Positions 21,099-31,342 of a DNA stretch of 64,000 nt are shown piece by piece (position 1 is the stretch's first letter; each line of letters starts with the position of its first letter). A program made the translations under genes and the position numbers. The notes beneath the pieces were generated by a model, which was not told the DNA's origin, did not search any database, and worked only from the letters and a program-made list of their open reading frames with translations. Origin of the DNA: an uncultured Gammaproteobacteria bacterium (lineage in GTDB: Bacteria > Pseudomonadota > Gammaproteobacteria > DRLM01); NCBI GenBank assembly GCA_963729605.1, contig CAVSNY010000007.1:672001-736000 (forward strand), given 5' to 3'.

Positions 21099-21323
21099 GA
21101 GTCGCTTTGTGAATAGGGCACGGTTGGTTGCGCCGTGCCGGCGGTTCGAAACGGCAGACGGTGTTTCGCCGCCGCCTGCTCCCCTTATGTTAAGAACTCT
21201 GTTTGACTGTAATTCCACCGCCCTTTGCCGATGAGGCGGGGAGCAATGGATGTGTCGTCTCAATAACTGAATCAGAATAACCGAGCGCCGGCGGGCGCTC
21301 CACGAAATGAACCATAGTGTACG

Positions 21324-21959
21324 TCAATGCTGCGGGCCGTGTAAGGGTGGCGTGGTCTTTTCCGCCGCCGCGGCGAGCCGGAGATAACGCTGATGCAAGG
21401 CCTCGGTTTGTTGCCGGAGTTCGGCGAGGCCGCCGTCGTTGGTGATGAGGTCGTCGGCGATCGCGAGCCGGCTTTGCCGCGCCGCCTGACTGCGCATGAT
21501 CGCGGCGATTTCCTCGGACGACAGGCCGTCGCGGGCCTGTACCCGGCTGCGCTGGACCGCATCCGGCGAGTCCACCACCAGCACCCGGTCCACGAAACCG
21601 GTTTGCCCGGTTTCCAGCAGCAGGGGAATGACCGCCACGCAATAAGGCGCGTCGAGCGCGGCGATGCGCCGGCGCATGTCGGCGTAGATGCGGGGATGCA
21701 TGATTTTTTCCAGCGCGCCGCGCTGCGCGGCATCGCGAAACACCACGCCGCGCAGGCGGTCGCGGTTGAGGGTGCCGTCGGGATTCAATATCCCGGCGCC
21801 GAAGTGGGCGGCGATTTCCCGAAGCGCGTCGCTGCCCGGCGCCACGACCTCGCGCGCCACCGCGTCGGCGTCGATGACCGGTGCGCCGAGTTCGCCGAAA
21901 TAATCGGCCACGGTGGATTTGCCGCTGCCGATACCGCCTGTGAGTCCGATGATGAACAT
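21324..21959 (-). CDS. coaE: Dephospho-CoA kinase
   Basis: IGLTGGIGSGKST, IDAD, IPLLLE. Confidence 0.96.
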   Translation of the reverse strand: MFIIGLTGGIGSGKSTVADYFGELGAPVIDADAVAREVVAPGSDALREIAAHFGAGILNPDGTLNRDRLRGVVFRDAAQRGALEKIMHPRIYADMRRRIAALDAPYCVAVIPLLLETGQTGFVDRVLVVDSPDAVQRSRVQARDGLSSEEIAAIMRSQAARQSRLAIADDLITNDGGLAELRQQTEALHQRYLRLAAAAEKTTPPLHGPQH

Positions 21960-22125
21960 GGACTTAGGTTACGGCGCGCGTCAGCGGCCCGCAAGTCCGC
22001 GGAGGGCTGGGATTGCGAAAGGCGGCATCGCGATGGCGGATGCTGGCGTCCCGATGAGCGAGGGCTGAACAGGCTCATCGCGGGTGTGGTGCAGCTTACT
22101 TTGGGAAAGACTTGCCGGAGTTCTG

Positions 22126-23013
22126 TTAAACGGACAGCCCCATCATCGCGAAATAACGCGCGGTGATGGCGTCGCCCCACAGCAGGGCGAGCCAGCCGGC
22201 GGTGGCGAGATAGGGACCAAAAGGGATGGGGATGTTGCGGTCGCGGCCGCGGGCGAGGATCAGGGTGATGCCCACCGCCGCGCCCACGACGCTGGATAAC
22301 AGGACGATGACCGGCAGCCCCTGCCAGCCTACCCAGGCGCCGAGCATGGCCAGCAGTTTGAAATCGCCGTGACCCATGCCTTCCTTGCCGGTGGCCCATT
22401 TGAACAAGACGTAAACCGTCCACAGACTGAGATACCCCGCCGCCGCGCCGATGATGCTGGCGGCGCTGTCGACGAACAGGGCGGGCAGGCTCAGCAACAG
22501 CCCGAGCCACAACAGCGGCAGGGTGATGCTGTCGGGTAGCAGTTGGTGGTCGAAGTCGATGACGGTCAGCGCGATCAATCCCCAGGTCAACAGCAACGCC
22601 GCCCCGGCGGCCCAGCCGAAACCGAAATGCCAGGCGACGATGCCGGACAACATGGCGGTCACAGCCTCCACCACCGGGTAACGCCGGCTGATGTGACCAC
22701 CGCAACCGGGGCAACGGCCTTTGAGCCACAGATAACTCACCAGCGGGATGTTTTCCACGGCGGTGATCGGGCGCTGGCAATGGGGGCAGCGGGAGCGCGG
22801 GGTGACGAGATTGAACGCGTCCGCTTGCGGCGGCGCGGCGTTATCGTCGGACTCGCTCAATAAAAGGCGGCACTGTTCCTGCCACTCGCGCTGCATCATG
22901 AGCGGCAGCCGGTAAATCACCACATTGAGGAAACTGCCCACCAGCAGACCGAGGAAGGCCGCGACGGCGGTGAAGGCCAGGGTGTTTTCGGCGAGGTAGG
23001 CCCAGATGCTCAC
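22126..23013 (-). CDS. pilD: Prepilin peptidase/N-methyltransferase
   Basis: GSFLNVVIYRLP, two CxxC, GMGHGDFKL, PFGPYL. Confidence 0.96.
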   Translation of the reverse strand: MSIWAYLAENTLAFTAVAAFLGLLVGSFLNVVIYRLPLMMQREWQEQCRLLLSESDDNAAPPQADAFNLVTPRSRCPHCQRPITAVENIPLVSYLWLKGRCPGCGGHISRRYPVVEAVTAMLSGIVAWHFGFGWAAGAALLLTWGLIALTVIDFDHQLLPDSITLPLLWLGLLLSLPALFVDSAASIIGAAAGYLSLWTVYVLFKWATGKEGMGHGDFKLLAMLGAWVGWQGLPVIVLLSSVVGAAVGITLILARGRDRNIPIPFGPYLATAGWLALLWGDAITARYFAMMGLSV

Positions 23014-23079
23014 GGTTGCGTCCCTGCGAGTTGGATTGGCGATGGTGAACCGTGATCGGCTCGGTCGCGGAAGGCTGGC

Positions 23080-24300
23080 TTACACCACCTCGCCCATTTT
23101 GAAGATGGGCAGGTACATGGCGATGACCAGGCCGCCGATGATCACGCCGAGAAAGGCCATGATCATGGGTTCGAGCAGGCTGCTCAGGCCGTCCACGGCG
23201 TTGTCGACCTCTTCTTCGTAGAAGTCGGCCACTTTGGCCAGCATGGCGTCCAGCGAACCGGATTCCTCGCCGATGGCCACCATCTGCACCACCATGTTGG
23301 GAAACAGCCCGGTCTGCCGCATGCCCATTTGCAGGGAGATGCCGGTGGAAACCTCGTCGCGGATGCGCAGGATGGCGTTGCTGTAGACGATGTTGCCGGA
23401 GGCGCCGGCCACCGTGGTCATGGCCTCCACCAGCGGCACGCCGGCGGCGAACATGGTGGACAAGGTGCGCGCGTAACGGGCGATGGTGGCCTTGTTGACG
23501 ATGTCGCCGATGATGGGGAATTGCAGCGAAAGCCGGTCGAGAAAATGGTTGAATTTAGGAAAACGTTTTTTACTTTCGATGAAGGCGAAGATGCCGCCGC
23601 CGATAGCACCCAGAATGGCCCACCAATAGCTCTGCACGAATTTCGACATGTCGACGACGAACTGGGTCATGGCGGGTAGTTCGCCACCGAAACCTTTGAA
23701 CAGGGATTCAAACTGCGGCACCACGAAATACAGCAAAATGATGGTGACGATGAAGGCCGCCACGATGACCGCGGTGGGATAAAACATGGCCTTTTTGATC
23801 TTGCCTTTGATCGCCTCGACCTTCTCCTTGTAGATGGCGATCTTGTGCAGCAGGGTTTCCAGGATACCGGCCTGTTCGCCGGCCCGGACTAGGTTGCAAT
23901 ACAGCTCGTCGAAATGGCGGGGGTGTTTGGCCAGCGCCTCCGAAAGCGAGCTGCCGCTCTCCACGTCGGCCTTGATCGACATGATGAGGTCTTGCATGCC
24001 GGGGTTGTCGTGGCCGCGGCCGATGATCTCGAAAGACTGCACCAGGGGCACGCCCGAGCTCATCATGGTGGCCATCTGGCGGCTGAATACGGCGATGTCT
24101 TTGGGCGTGATCTTTTTGCTGGCGCCGCCGAACAGCGGCTTGGGCTTCTTTTTGACCTTGAGCGGATTGATACCCTGCCGGCGTAGCTCGGCCTTGACCA
24201 GGGTCACGCTCACACCTTTGACTTCGCCTTTGGTGCGGGAGCCCTTTTTATCGGTGCCTTCCCAGACGAACATGGTTTGGTTTGCGGTTTTTTCTGCCAT
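23080..24300 (-). CDS. pilC: Type IV pilus platform protein
   Basis: FSRQMATM, AGEQAG, GEESGSLD, YLPIF. Confidence 0.95.
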   Translation of the reverse strand: MAEKTANQTMFVWEGTDKKGSRTKGEVKGVSVTLVKAELRRQGINPLKVKKKPKPLFGGASKKITPKDIAVFSRQMATMMSSGVPLVQSFEIIGRGHDNPGMQDLIMSIKADVESGSSLSEALAKHPRHFDELYCNLVRAGEQAGILETLLHKIAIYKEKVEAIKGKIKKAMFYPTAVIVAAFIVTIILLYFVVPQFESLFKGFGGELPAMTQFVVDMSKFVQSYWWAILGAIGGGIFAFIESKKRFPKFNHFLDRLSLQFPIIGDIVNKATIARYARTLSTMFAAGVPLVEAMTTVAGASGNIVYSNAILRIRDEVSTGISLQMGMRQTGLFPNMVVQMVAIGEESGSLDAMLAKVADFYEEEVDNAVDGLSSLLEPMIMAFLGVIIGGLVIAMYLPIFKMGEVV

Positions 24301-24302
24301 GA

Positions 24303-26024
24303 TTACACCGTGATAACGCGATTAAGTTCTTCCAGACTGGTCATCCCCGCTTTGACCTTGCGCAGACCGGAGGTGCGCAGGTCGGCGATGCCTTCCTTTT
24401 TGGCCATGTCGGCCAGCAGTAATGCGTTACAGTTTTCCATAATGATCCGCGCCATATTTTCCGAGATGGGCATCACTTGGTAAATGCCCACCCGACCCTT
24501 GTAGCCTTCGCTGCACTTGTCGCACCCCATCGCTTTATAGATGGTGATGTCATCGATTTCGTCTTCCGAAAAGCCTTCATTGATGAGTGCCTCGGGCGGT
24601 ATGTAGACCGGTTGTTTGCAATGCGGGCATAAACGCCGGGCCAGGCGTTGCGCCACGATCAGCGATACCGCCGAGGCGATATTGAACGGCGGCACCCCCA
24701 TATTAGCAAGACGTGTGAGGGTTTGGGGCGCATCGTTGGTATGCAGGGTGGAGAATACCATATGGCCGGTCTGTGCGGCCTTGATGGCGATCTCGGCGGT
24801 CTCGAGGTCGCGGATTTCGCCGACCATAATCACGTCCGGGTCCTGGCGGAGGAATGCGCGCAAGGCCGAAGCGAAGGTCAACCCGGCTTTGACATTGACG
24901 TTCACCTGGTTGATGCCCGCCAGATTGATTTCCGCCGGGTCTTCCGCGGTGGAGATGTTGCGGTCCGGCTGGTTGAGGATGTTTAAACAGGTGTACAGCG
25001 ATACGGTCTTGCCGCTGCCGGTGGGGCCGGTGACCAGCACCATGCCGTAAGGCTGGAATACCGCCTTCATCAAGTGTTCTTTTTGTTCGGGTTCGAAACC
25101 GAGTGCGTCGATGCCGAGCTGGGCGCTGGTGGGGTCCAGGATACGCATCACGATCTTTTCGCCGAACAGGGTCGGGCAGGTGCTGACCCGGAAATCGATG
25201 GCGCGGTTCTTCGACAAGGTCATCTTCATGCGGCCGTCTTGCGGTACCCGTTTCTCGGAGATGTCGAGCCGCGACATGACCTTGATGCGCGCCGACATCC
25301 GGTTGGCCAGGGCCAGCGGCGGATTGGCGACTTCCTTGAGCATGCCGTCCTGGCGGTAACGTACCCGGTAGACCTTTTCGTAAGGTTCAAAGTGAATGTC
25401 GGAGGCCCCTCTGTGGATGGCGTCGAGCAATACCTTGTTGATGAAACGTACCACCGGGGTGTCGTCCACTTCGGAGTCGCTGCCGTCGCCGCCGAAGTCT
25501 TCCTCGCCGCCGGTGATCTCGAGGTCGTCCAGATCGCTGTCGTTGAGGTCGACCATGGAGGTTTCTTGGGCCGACAAGGATTTATCAATCATCTTGGCCA
25601 GCCGGTCTTGTTCGACCAGAATGGGCTCCGCGGTCAGGCCGGTCTGAAACTTGATCTCATCGAGGGCTTGCAGATTGGTGGGATCGGCGACCGCGACGTA
25701 AAGACGATTGCCGCGTTTGAACAGCGGCAGGACGTGGTGTTTGCGGACCAGCTTCTCTTCCACCGCCTTGACCGCCAGCGCGTCCATGTCGATGGTGGTG
25801 ATGTCGAACAGCGGTACGCCGAATTCGGCGGCGCCGGTCTCGGCGATGGAATAGGCGTCGAGCGTCTTGCTGTCCACCAGCTGGGCGACAAAGGAAATCT
25901 TCTTTTTGGCCGCCTCGTCGTAGGCCTGGCGGGCCTGGTCGTCCGAGAGCAGACCGTCCGCCACCAGTTTGCGGGCGAGGCCGCTGAAGCGTAAGACTGT
26001 ATCCGTAGCCGTTGCTGACGCCAT
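24303..26024 (-). CDS. pilB: Type IV pilus assembly ATPase
   Basis: GPTGSGKT, LRQDPD, GEIRD, tetracysteine motif. Confidence 0.96.
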   Translation of the reverse strand: MASATATDTVLRFSGLARKLVADGLLSDDQARQAYDEAAKKKISFVAQLVDSKTLDAYSIAETGAAEFGVPLFDITTIDMDALAVKAVEEKLVRKHHVLPLFKRGNRLYVAVADPTNLQALDEIKFQTGLTAEPILVEQDRLAKMIDKSLSAQETSMVDLNDSDLDDLEITGGEEDFGGDGSDSEVDDTPVVRFINKVLLDAIHRGASDIHFEPYEKVYRVRYRQDGMLKEVANPPLALANRMSARIKVMSRLDISEKRVPQDGRMKMTLSKNRAIDFRVSTCPTLFGEKIVMRILDPTSAQLGIDALGFEPEQKEHLMKAVFQPYGMVLVTGPTGSGKTVSLYTCLNILNQPDRNISTAEDPAEINLAGINQVNVNVKAGLTFASALRAFLRQDPDVIMVGEIRDLETAEIAIKAAQTGHMVFSTLHTNDAPQTLTRLANMGVPPFNIASAVSLIVAQRLARRLCPHCKQPVYIPPEALINEGFSEDEIDDITIYKAMGCDKCSEGYKGRVGIYQVMPISENMARIIMENCNALLLADMAKKEGIADLRTSGLRKVKAGMTSLEELNRVITV

Positions 26025-26198
26025 GCTGATTTACCTATTGATTACCGAGTTGAATCCACGCTGGGGGTATCGGCTTAGGTGAAAGATTTATTTAGCGCGA
26101 GTGAGGTGCGGTGTGCGGATGCAAGATAGAAGGTGTGTGAGCCGACAGGAGTATTCGGGTTATTTGCATTTCCTGCGCGCGATGCACGGTATATGCCC

Positions 26199-26228
26199 AA
26201 AAAAGAAGGCGCCCCGCGAGGGGGCGCC
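26199..26228 (-). terminator. pilA terminator
   Basis: GGCGCCCC / GGGGCGCC stem with a T tract on the minus strand. Confidence 0.75.
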
Positions 26229-26286
26229 ATAAGTTTTGATGTTGATTTCGTGCGCGTAGCGTACGCTACGCTTGCTGGTGTTTAAA

Positions 26287-26718
26287 TTAGCGGCAAGTTG
26301 ACGGACGGTATTTGGCGGCAAGTGTACCGCCGCTGCAATCCCAGTCGATGGAGGAGGTGGGGGGGGTGCCCGCAACCAAAGCGGCTGTAGCGCTGGTGGG
26401 CGTCATTAGGATGGTGCCGCCGCCCGCTGCCGCTGTGTAAGTAACCGTAATCACGCCCGTGGTAGCATCGACAGCGACTGAAGTGACATTATCTGTAGCT
26501 GTCGGAGGAGTCCATCCTGCGTTTAAGGCAGCGGCACCAGCGGAGGCGTTTTCTGACACGGTTGCTTTTGCTGAGGACGCCAAGTTGAGGCCTTCCGTGA
26601 CTTTGGCGCGGATGGTGTAATCCTGATACGCCGGAATCGCGATGGCGGCCAAGATGCCGATGATCGCGACTACGATCATCAGTTCGATAAGGGTAAAGCC
26701 CTGTTGAGTCTTTTTCAT
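26287..26718 (-). CDS. pilA: Major type IVa pilin
   Basis: QQG|[27 protein letters not shown]; C-terminal Cys pair. Confidence 0.96.
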   Translation of the reverse strand: MKKTQQGFTLIELMIVVAIIGILAAIAIPAYQDYTIRAKVTEGLNLASSAKATVSENASAGAAALNAGWTPPTATDNVTSVAVDATTGVITVTYTAAAGGGTILMTPTSATAALVAGTPPTSSIDWDCSGGTLAAKYRPSTCR

Positions 26719-26858
26719 GCGGTGTCTCCTAAAATGACAGTTGTGTGTGCGTCGTAAACAAGGGCGCTGGGATTTCCGCTGGGGCTGACCAGTGCTACCG
26801 GGGGGCGGCAGCATCGGCGCGTTTACCACGGGTTACACCTTTGCCGTGCAGAGGTGAA

Positions 26859-26874
26859 AGCAGAAAGCATGCCA
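26859..26874 (-). promoter_or_regulatory. sigma54 promoter of pilA
   Basis: TGGCATGCTTTCTGCT on the minus strand (GG-N10-GC); pilR is nearby. Confidence 0.8.
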
Positions 26875-27037
26875 GTGATCAAAAAAGGCCGCGGTGGATT
26901 TTTTTCTTTATGTAATGATGGGATAGAGTTCACGTTTTTCGAGTGTACATGACGGTGTTGCGCCTTAAACGGAGGAGAAAGGAGGTATGGCGGGAGACGC
27001 TGTTATTCATGGTCGGCATGGCGCGAGGCGGAGCCGC

Positions 27038-27072
27038 TGACGCATTTTGTCATAAAGTGACGAAAATGGTCA
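27038..27072. promoter_or_regulatory. Putative PilR enhancer sites
   Basis: Two dyads, TGACGCATTTTGTCA and TGACGAAAATGGTCA, ~170-200 bp upstream of the sigma54 site. Confidence 0.55.
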
Positions 27073-27096
27073 GTGCAATGTCAGCAGATAGCGTGC

Positions 27097-27191
27097 GAGA
27101 CGGTGTAAAAGCTCGAAATTATTCTAAAGATGATGGGTGCTAAAACTTCCGGCTCCGCGACGTTGCCTCGCAGCCGTTTTCACACCGTCTC
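27097..27191. mobile_element. 95-bp MITE-like unit with IS-type inverted ends
   Basis: GAGACGGTGTAAAA ... TTTTCACACCGTCTC; a further end TTTTCACATAGTCTC at 28072-28086. Confidence 0.5.
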
Positions 27192-27235
27192 GCGCGCTGT
27201 GGTGTACCTTCAATACCTAAATGTTGCATAGTGAG

Positions 27236-27263
27236 TTGACATGATACGTCTCTGGCGTATAGT
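27236..27263 (+). promoter_or_regulatory. sigma70 promoter and operator of the TA operon
   Basis: TTGACA-N16-TATAGT with an ATACG...CGTAT dyad; ATG lies 6 nt after the -10. Confidence 0.7.
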
Positions 27264-27269
27264 CAGCCT

Positions 27270-27590
27270 ATGTTTACCATTATCGAATTACCGCCATTTG
27301 CCGCGGTGCGCGATGAATTATTTTCTGATGACGACTTCGCTGACTTTCAAGGGTTCCTGAACGAGCATCCCGAGGTGGGTGATGTTATTCCCGAAACAGG
27401 CGGTTGCAGGAAAATTCGGTGGGCCGCCAGAGGTAAAGGTAAGCGCGGCGGCGCGCGGGTGATTTATTTCCTGCATCTTTCCGCGGAGGAGATAGTCTTG
27501 GTGGCCGCTTATGGGAAGGGGGAGCGTGATGATGTGCCGCGCAAGTGGCTGCGGCAATTGAAGGAGAACTTTCTTGATGAGCAAGGCTAA
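27270..27590 (+). CDS. RelE/HigB-family toxin
   Basis: GDVIPETGGCRKIRW...GKRGGARVIYF. Confidence 0.9.
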   Translation: MFTIIELPPFAAVRDELFSDDDFADFQGFLNEHPEVGDVIPETGGCRKIRWAARGKGKRGGARVIYFLHLSAEEIVLVAAYGKGERDDVPRKWLRQLKENFLDEQG

Positions 27591-27945
27591 GAAATTAATC
27601 AAGCAATACCTTGAAGATACGCAAACCAAAAAAGCTAAGGCACCGCTATGGACGCGCAAAACCGAGCTTGTTCCACGGCGTGACGGTTCCGTGCGACGGC
27701 GGGTCAAGCGCAGCGATGGGACCATCGAACGCGACGAAGTCATTTCCGCCGAGCGGTGGCAAGTGATGACGGCGCGAGCTGCAACCGGTTTGTCACAAAC
27801 TGAATTTGCCCAACTGCTCGGGGTATCCAAGCGCACGATCCAGGAATGGGAGCAGGGTCGTAAGCGCCCCTCCGGCGCCGCAAAAATGCTGTTGAAGATA
27901 GCCGCGAAACACCCCGAGGTGTTGCGCGAGGTTTTGGCCGCATAG
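27574..27945 (+). CDS. XRE-HTH (HigA-like) antitoxin
   Basis: GLSQTEFAQLLGVSKRTIQEWEQGRKRPSGAAKMLL. Confidence 0.9.
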   Translation: MMSKAKKLIKQYLEDTQTKKAKAPLWTRKTELVPRRDGSVRRRVKRSDGTIERDEVISAERWQVMTARAATGLSQTEFAQLLGVSKRTIQEWEQGRKRPSGAAKMLLKIAAKHPEVLREVLAA

Positions 27946-27971
27946 CATGATTAGATGACGTTACGCACTTT

Positions 27972-28071
27972 CTCCCTCTCCCGCTTGCGGGAGAGCAAGG
28001 GCTGGGAGAGACAAATGCTGGACAACCCTAAAGCCTTGCGCAGTCACCAGACTGAAAAGACGATGAAATAG
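27972..28071 (+). pseudogene. Family-A repeat followed by a truncated DUF559-like 5' fragment
   Basis: CTCTCCCGcttgCGGGAGAG, then ATG at 28015: MLDNPKALRSHQTEKTMK*, comparable to [16 protein letters not shown] in the bioF insert. Confidence 0.5.
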
Positions 28072-28248
28072 TTTTCACATAGTCTCGTGCGCCGCGCGCT
28101 CGGATCGGTGTAAGGTGAAAATCAAGCGAAACGCATCCTGAGCTTCATGGTTTCCATGGCGCGGTGACGGCTGTTTCGTAGGCACGGCGCACGCTGCGCG
28201 GCTGCAAGGAGGGGGGATTTTGTGCTGCTGCCTTTGTGCGAGGTGTGC

Positions 28249-29583
28249 TTAATCCAGCCCCAATTTTTTCAGCCGGTAGCGCAGGGCGCGGAAGGAAATG
28301 CCCAGGAGTTTAGCGGCGGCGGTTTTGTTGTAACGGGTCTGTTCCAGGGCCTTGACGATGGTGTCCCGCGCGATGGAATCCAGAAAGGGTTCGAGCGGCA
28401 CCGGGCCGCCGGCGGCAGGCGCGGCCGCGCCGGTGCTGGGCAGGCGCAAGTCCGCGGCGTGGATGGTGTTGCCCTCGCAAAGGGTGATGGCCCGTTCGAG
28501 GATGTTTTCCAGTTCCCGCACATTGCCGGGAAAGGGATACTGCGATAAGGCGTGAATGGCGTCTGCGCTGAGTCGCGGGGTTTCCTCACCGCTTTGCGCA
28601 GCGATGCGCTGCAGGATGTGCTCGGCGAGCAGGGTGATGTCGTCGCCGCGTTCGCGCAACGGCGGCACGTGCAGCTCGATCACGTTGATGCGGTAGAACA
28701 GGTCCTGGCGGAATCCGCCCGTCTCCACCAGCGCGGCCAGATCTTTATGGGTGGCGCTCAATATGCGCACGTCGGTGGGCATCTCCTTTTGCGCGCCGAT
28801 CGGCCGCACGGATTTTTCCTGGATGACCCGCAGCAGTTTCACCTGCATGTGCAGCGGCAGGTCCGCCACTTCGTCGAGAAACAAGGTGCCGCCGTGGGCC
28901 GCTTGGAATAAACCATCCTTATCCGCCACGGCGCCGGTGAAACTGCCTTTTTTGTGGCCGAAGAATTCACTTTCCACTAACTCGCCGGGGATGGCGCCGC
29001 AATTGACCGGGATGAACGGCTTGTCGGCGCGCGGGCCTTTGTCGTGGATCAGACGCGCCACCAGTTCTTTACCGACCCCCGACTCGCCGCTGATATAAAC
29101 CGGCGCCTGGCTGCGGGCCAGTTTGGCGATGGTGGCCTGGATCTTTTTCATCGCCGGCGAGTCGCCGAGCAGGCTCAGGCTCGAACTCCGCATCGTCTTG
29201 GCCTGGGTCTGCGAGAGTTTGAGCGCGGTGTGCACCAGGTTACGCAGCACCTGCAAGTCCACCGGTTTGGAGACGAAGTCGAAGGCGCCGGCCTTGAGCG
29301 CGCTGACCGCCGATTCCATATTGCCGTGGGCGGTGATGACCGCGACCGGGGTGTCGGGATAGTTTTTTTGGATGTGCTCGACCAGGTCGATGCCGTTGCC
29401 GTCGGGCAGGCGCATGTCGGTGAGGCATAAATCGAAGGGCTGGGCGGCGAGCAGGGCGCGGGCGCTGCTCAAATCTTGAGCGGCGGCGCTGGCGATATTC
29501 ATGCGGCCGAGGGTGATCTCGATCAGCTCGCGGATATCCGGTTCGTCGTCGACCACCAGGGCGATGGGTTGCTGTGTGCTCAC
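28249..29583 (-). CDS. pilR: sigma54-dependent response regulator PilR
   Basis: Receiver domain, GESGVGKE, GSFTGA, C-terminal HTH. Confidence 0.93.
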   Translation of the reverse strand: MSTQQPIALVVDDEPDIRELIEITLGRMNIASAAAQDLSSARALLAAQPFDLCLTDMRLPDGNGIDLVEHIQKNYPDTPVAVITAHGNMESAVSALKAGAFDFVSKPVDLQVLRNLVHTALKLSQTQAKTMRSSSLSLLGDSPAMKKIQATIAKLARSQAPVYISGESGVGKELVARLIHDKGPRADKPFIPVNCGAIPGELVESEFFGHKKGSFTGAVADKDGLFQAAHGGTLFLDEVADLPLHMQVKLLRVIQEKSVRPIGAQKEMPTDVRILSATHKDLAALVETGGFRQDLFYRINVIELHVPPLRERGDDITLLAEHILQRIAAQSGEETPRLSADAIHALSQYPFPGNVRELENILERAITLCEGNTIHAADLRLPSTGAAAPAAGGPVPLEPFLDSIARDTIVKALEQTRYNKTAAAKLLGISFRALRYRLKKLGLD

Positions 29584-31220
29584 GTCAGATGTTTCCTTCT
29601 GGGGTCGGCGAAGGTGATGCGAAAACAACTGCCTGCGCCCGGCATCGCAATGTAGTGGAGGCGGGCTTGATTAGATTCGCACAGCTCGCGGGAGAGGTAT
29701 AGACCGAGGCCGGTGCCGGTGTTCTCGGTGGTGAAAAACGGTTCGAATAAATGGGCCTCCGCCTCGGGCGGCACGCCGTGGCCGAAGTCGATGATGTCGA
29801 GATAAGGGTTGAGCGCGTCCGCGCCGATGCCGCCGCGCAATTCCAGGCGGGGCACGCCGAGCCGGGCCAGGCTGTAACGCAGGCCGTTGTGGCAGAGATT
29901 CCAGACGATCTGGTGAAATTGCGAAGGGTCCATGCGTACCTGAGTATCGGCTGGGACGATCTCGATGTGGATCCGGTCGGCGCCGATGTGGTGGGTGCGG
30001 CGGAAATCCAGGACGAATTCTTCCAGCCACGGTTTGAGCGCCAGGTCTTCGGGGCGGGCGCGTTGACGCCGACTGAGTTGCAATACATTCTCCACGATGG
30101 CGTTCATGCGCTGCGAGTGGTCGCGGATGATCTCGGTGAGACGGAGATCGCTGGCGCCGAGCTGGGGCGATTCCGCCAGCAACTGGCCGGCGTGGCTGAT
30201 GGCCCCCAGCGGATTGCGGATTTCGTGGGCGATGCTGGCGGTGAGCCGGCCGAGCGACGCGAGCTTCAATTGCTGCGCATGCTGGGCTAGGGCGGTGGTG
30301 TCTTCGAGAAAGATCAAGGCGCCCGATTGCGAGGCCTGTCCGAGTTTTGCGAAGCGCGGCAGGAGGCCGGGGCTGGCCGGATTGGGCCGGAACAGCGGGG
30401 TTTCACAGTCCGGATTATCCTGCCATTGCGCCAGGTGTCCGGCCAACTCGGGGGCGAGGTCGGCCAGGGTTTGCTGAATGGGGTCGGTCGGTGTGCCGAG
30501 CAGGTGCGATGCGGATTCATTGATCAAATGAATGCGCTGTTGGGCGTCGACCACGATCACGCCGGTTTGCATGCGCTGGATCACGTATTCGGTGAGCTGC
30601 TGCATATTGGCGAGATCGACGCCGCGTTGCGCGGCCAGCGCCTCGCTCTCCCGCGCCCGCTTCGCCAGCAGCCAGGCCAGGGTGGCGGTAAGGAAAAAGG
30701 TGCCGCCCAGCAGGCCGGCGTGGGTGAAGCTCGGCCCCGGCGGGGCGCCGCTGATCAACATATAAGACTCTTCGCCCAATACCGCGAGGGTGCTGATGGC
30801 CGCGTAGAGGACGGCCATCTTCCCGCTCATGAGCATGCCGCCGCCGGCGAGGGTGACGATCAGCAACGTACCGAGGCCGCTGCGTATCCCGCCGCTGGCA
30901 TAGGTCAGGGCCACGATGCAGACGATGTCGGCGAGAATCTGAAGGTGGAGCTGCCAGCGAAAGCCGGGTTTGCGGGCGCGGATGCTGACCAAGCACAACA
31001 AGGCGAACAACCCGTAGCTGAGGCTTACCATCATGAATAAATAGGGGTCGCGTTCCCCCAGGGGCCGCCATTCCAGATCGGCCAGCGCCACGATGGTGAG
31101 CAGGACCGCCAAGATCAGGCGATAGCCGTTGAGCAGTCCCAGGGGTTTCCAGGTCTGACGGTAGGCGGCGTCCGCATTGGCGCTGAGCGGTCGGAACGGC
31201 GTATGTGGGTTATTGCTCAT
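29580..31220 (-). CDS. pilS: Sensor histidine kinase PilS
   Basis: Multi-TM N-terminus, SIAHEIRNPL, FEPFFTT, GTGLGL. Confidence 0.92.
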   Translation of the reverse strand: MSNNPHTPFRPLSANADAAYRQTWKPLGLLNGYRLILAVLLTIVALADLEWRPLGERDPYLFMMVSLSYGLFALLCLVSIRARKPGFRWQLHLQILADIVCIVALTYASGGIRSGLGTLLIVTLAGGGMLMSGKMAVLYAAISTLAVLGEESYMLISGAPPGPSFTHAGLLGGTFFLTATLAWLLAKRARESEALAAQRGVDLANMQQLTEYVIQRMQTGVIVVDAQQRIHLINESASHLLGTPTDPIQQTLADLAPELAGHLAQWQDNPDCETPLFRPNPASPGLLPRFAKLGQASQSGALIFLEDTTALAQHAQQLKLASLGRLTASIAHEIRNPLGAISHAGQLLAESPQLGASDLRLTEIIRDHSQRMNAIVENVLQLSRRQRARPEDLALKPWLEEFVLDFRRTHHIGADRIHIEIVPADTQVRMDPSQFHQIVWNLCHNGLRYSLARLGVPRLELRGGIGADALNPYLDIIDFGHGVPPEAEAHLFEPFFTTENTGTGLGLYLSRELCESNQARLHYIAMPGAGSCFRITFADPRRKHLT

Positions 31221-31342
31221 CCGGGTATGCCGTCCGTCCTCTGCCGGCGGGTCCTTGGCGGGTCGATGGGTGAACTTTACATCGGCGGCGAACCGTTCGC
31301 ACTGAAGGATAGGGGTTCAGCGGGCGGAAGTTGGGTTCGCTC

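Noticed and set aside
26254-26271. Perfect 18-bp palindrome GCGTAGCGTACGCTACGC after pilA
   Set aside because: Single copy in a 3' UTR; no evidence of function beyond a possible mRNA hairpin.
28177-28206. GTAG-type REP-like sequences (also near 1841)
   Set aside because: Too degenerate, not clearly repeated, and no RAYT gene in the window.
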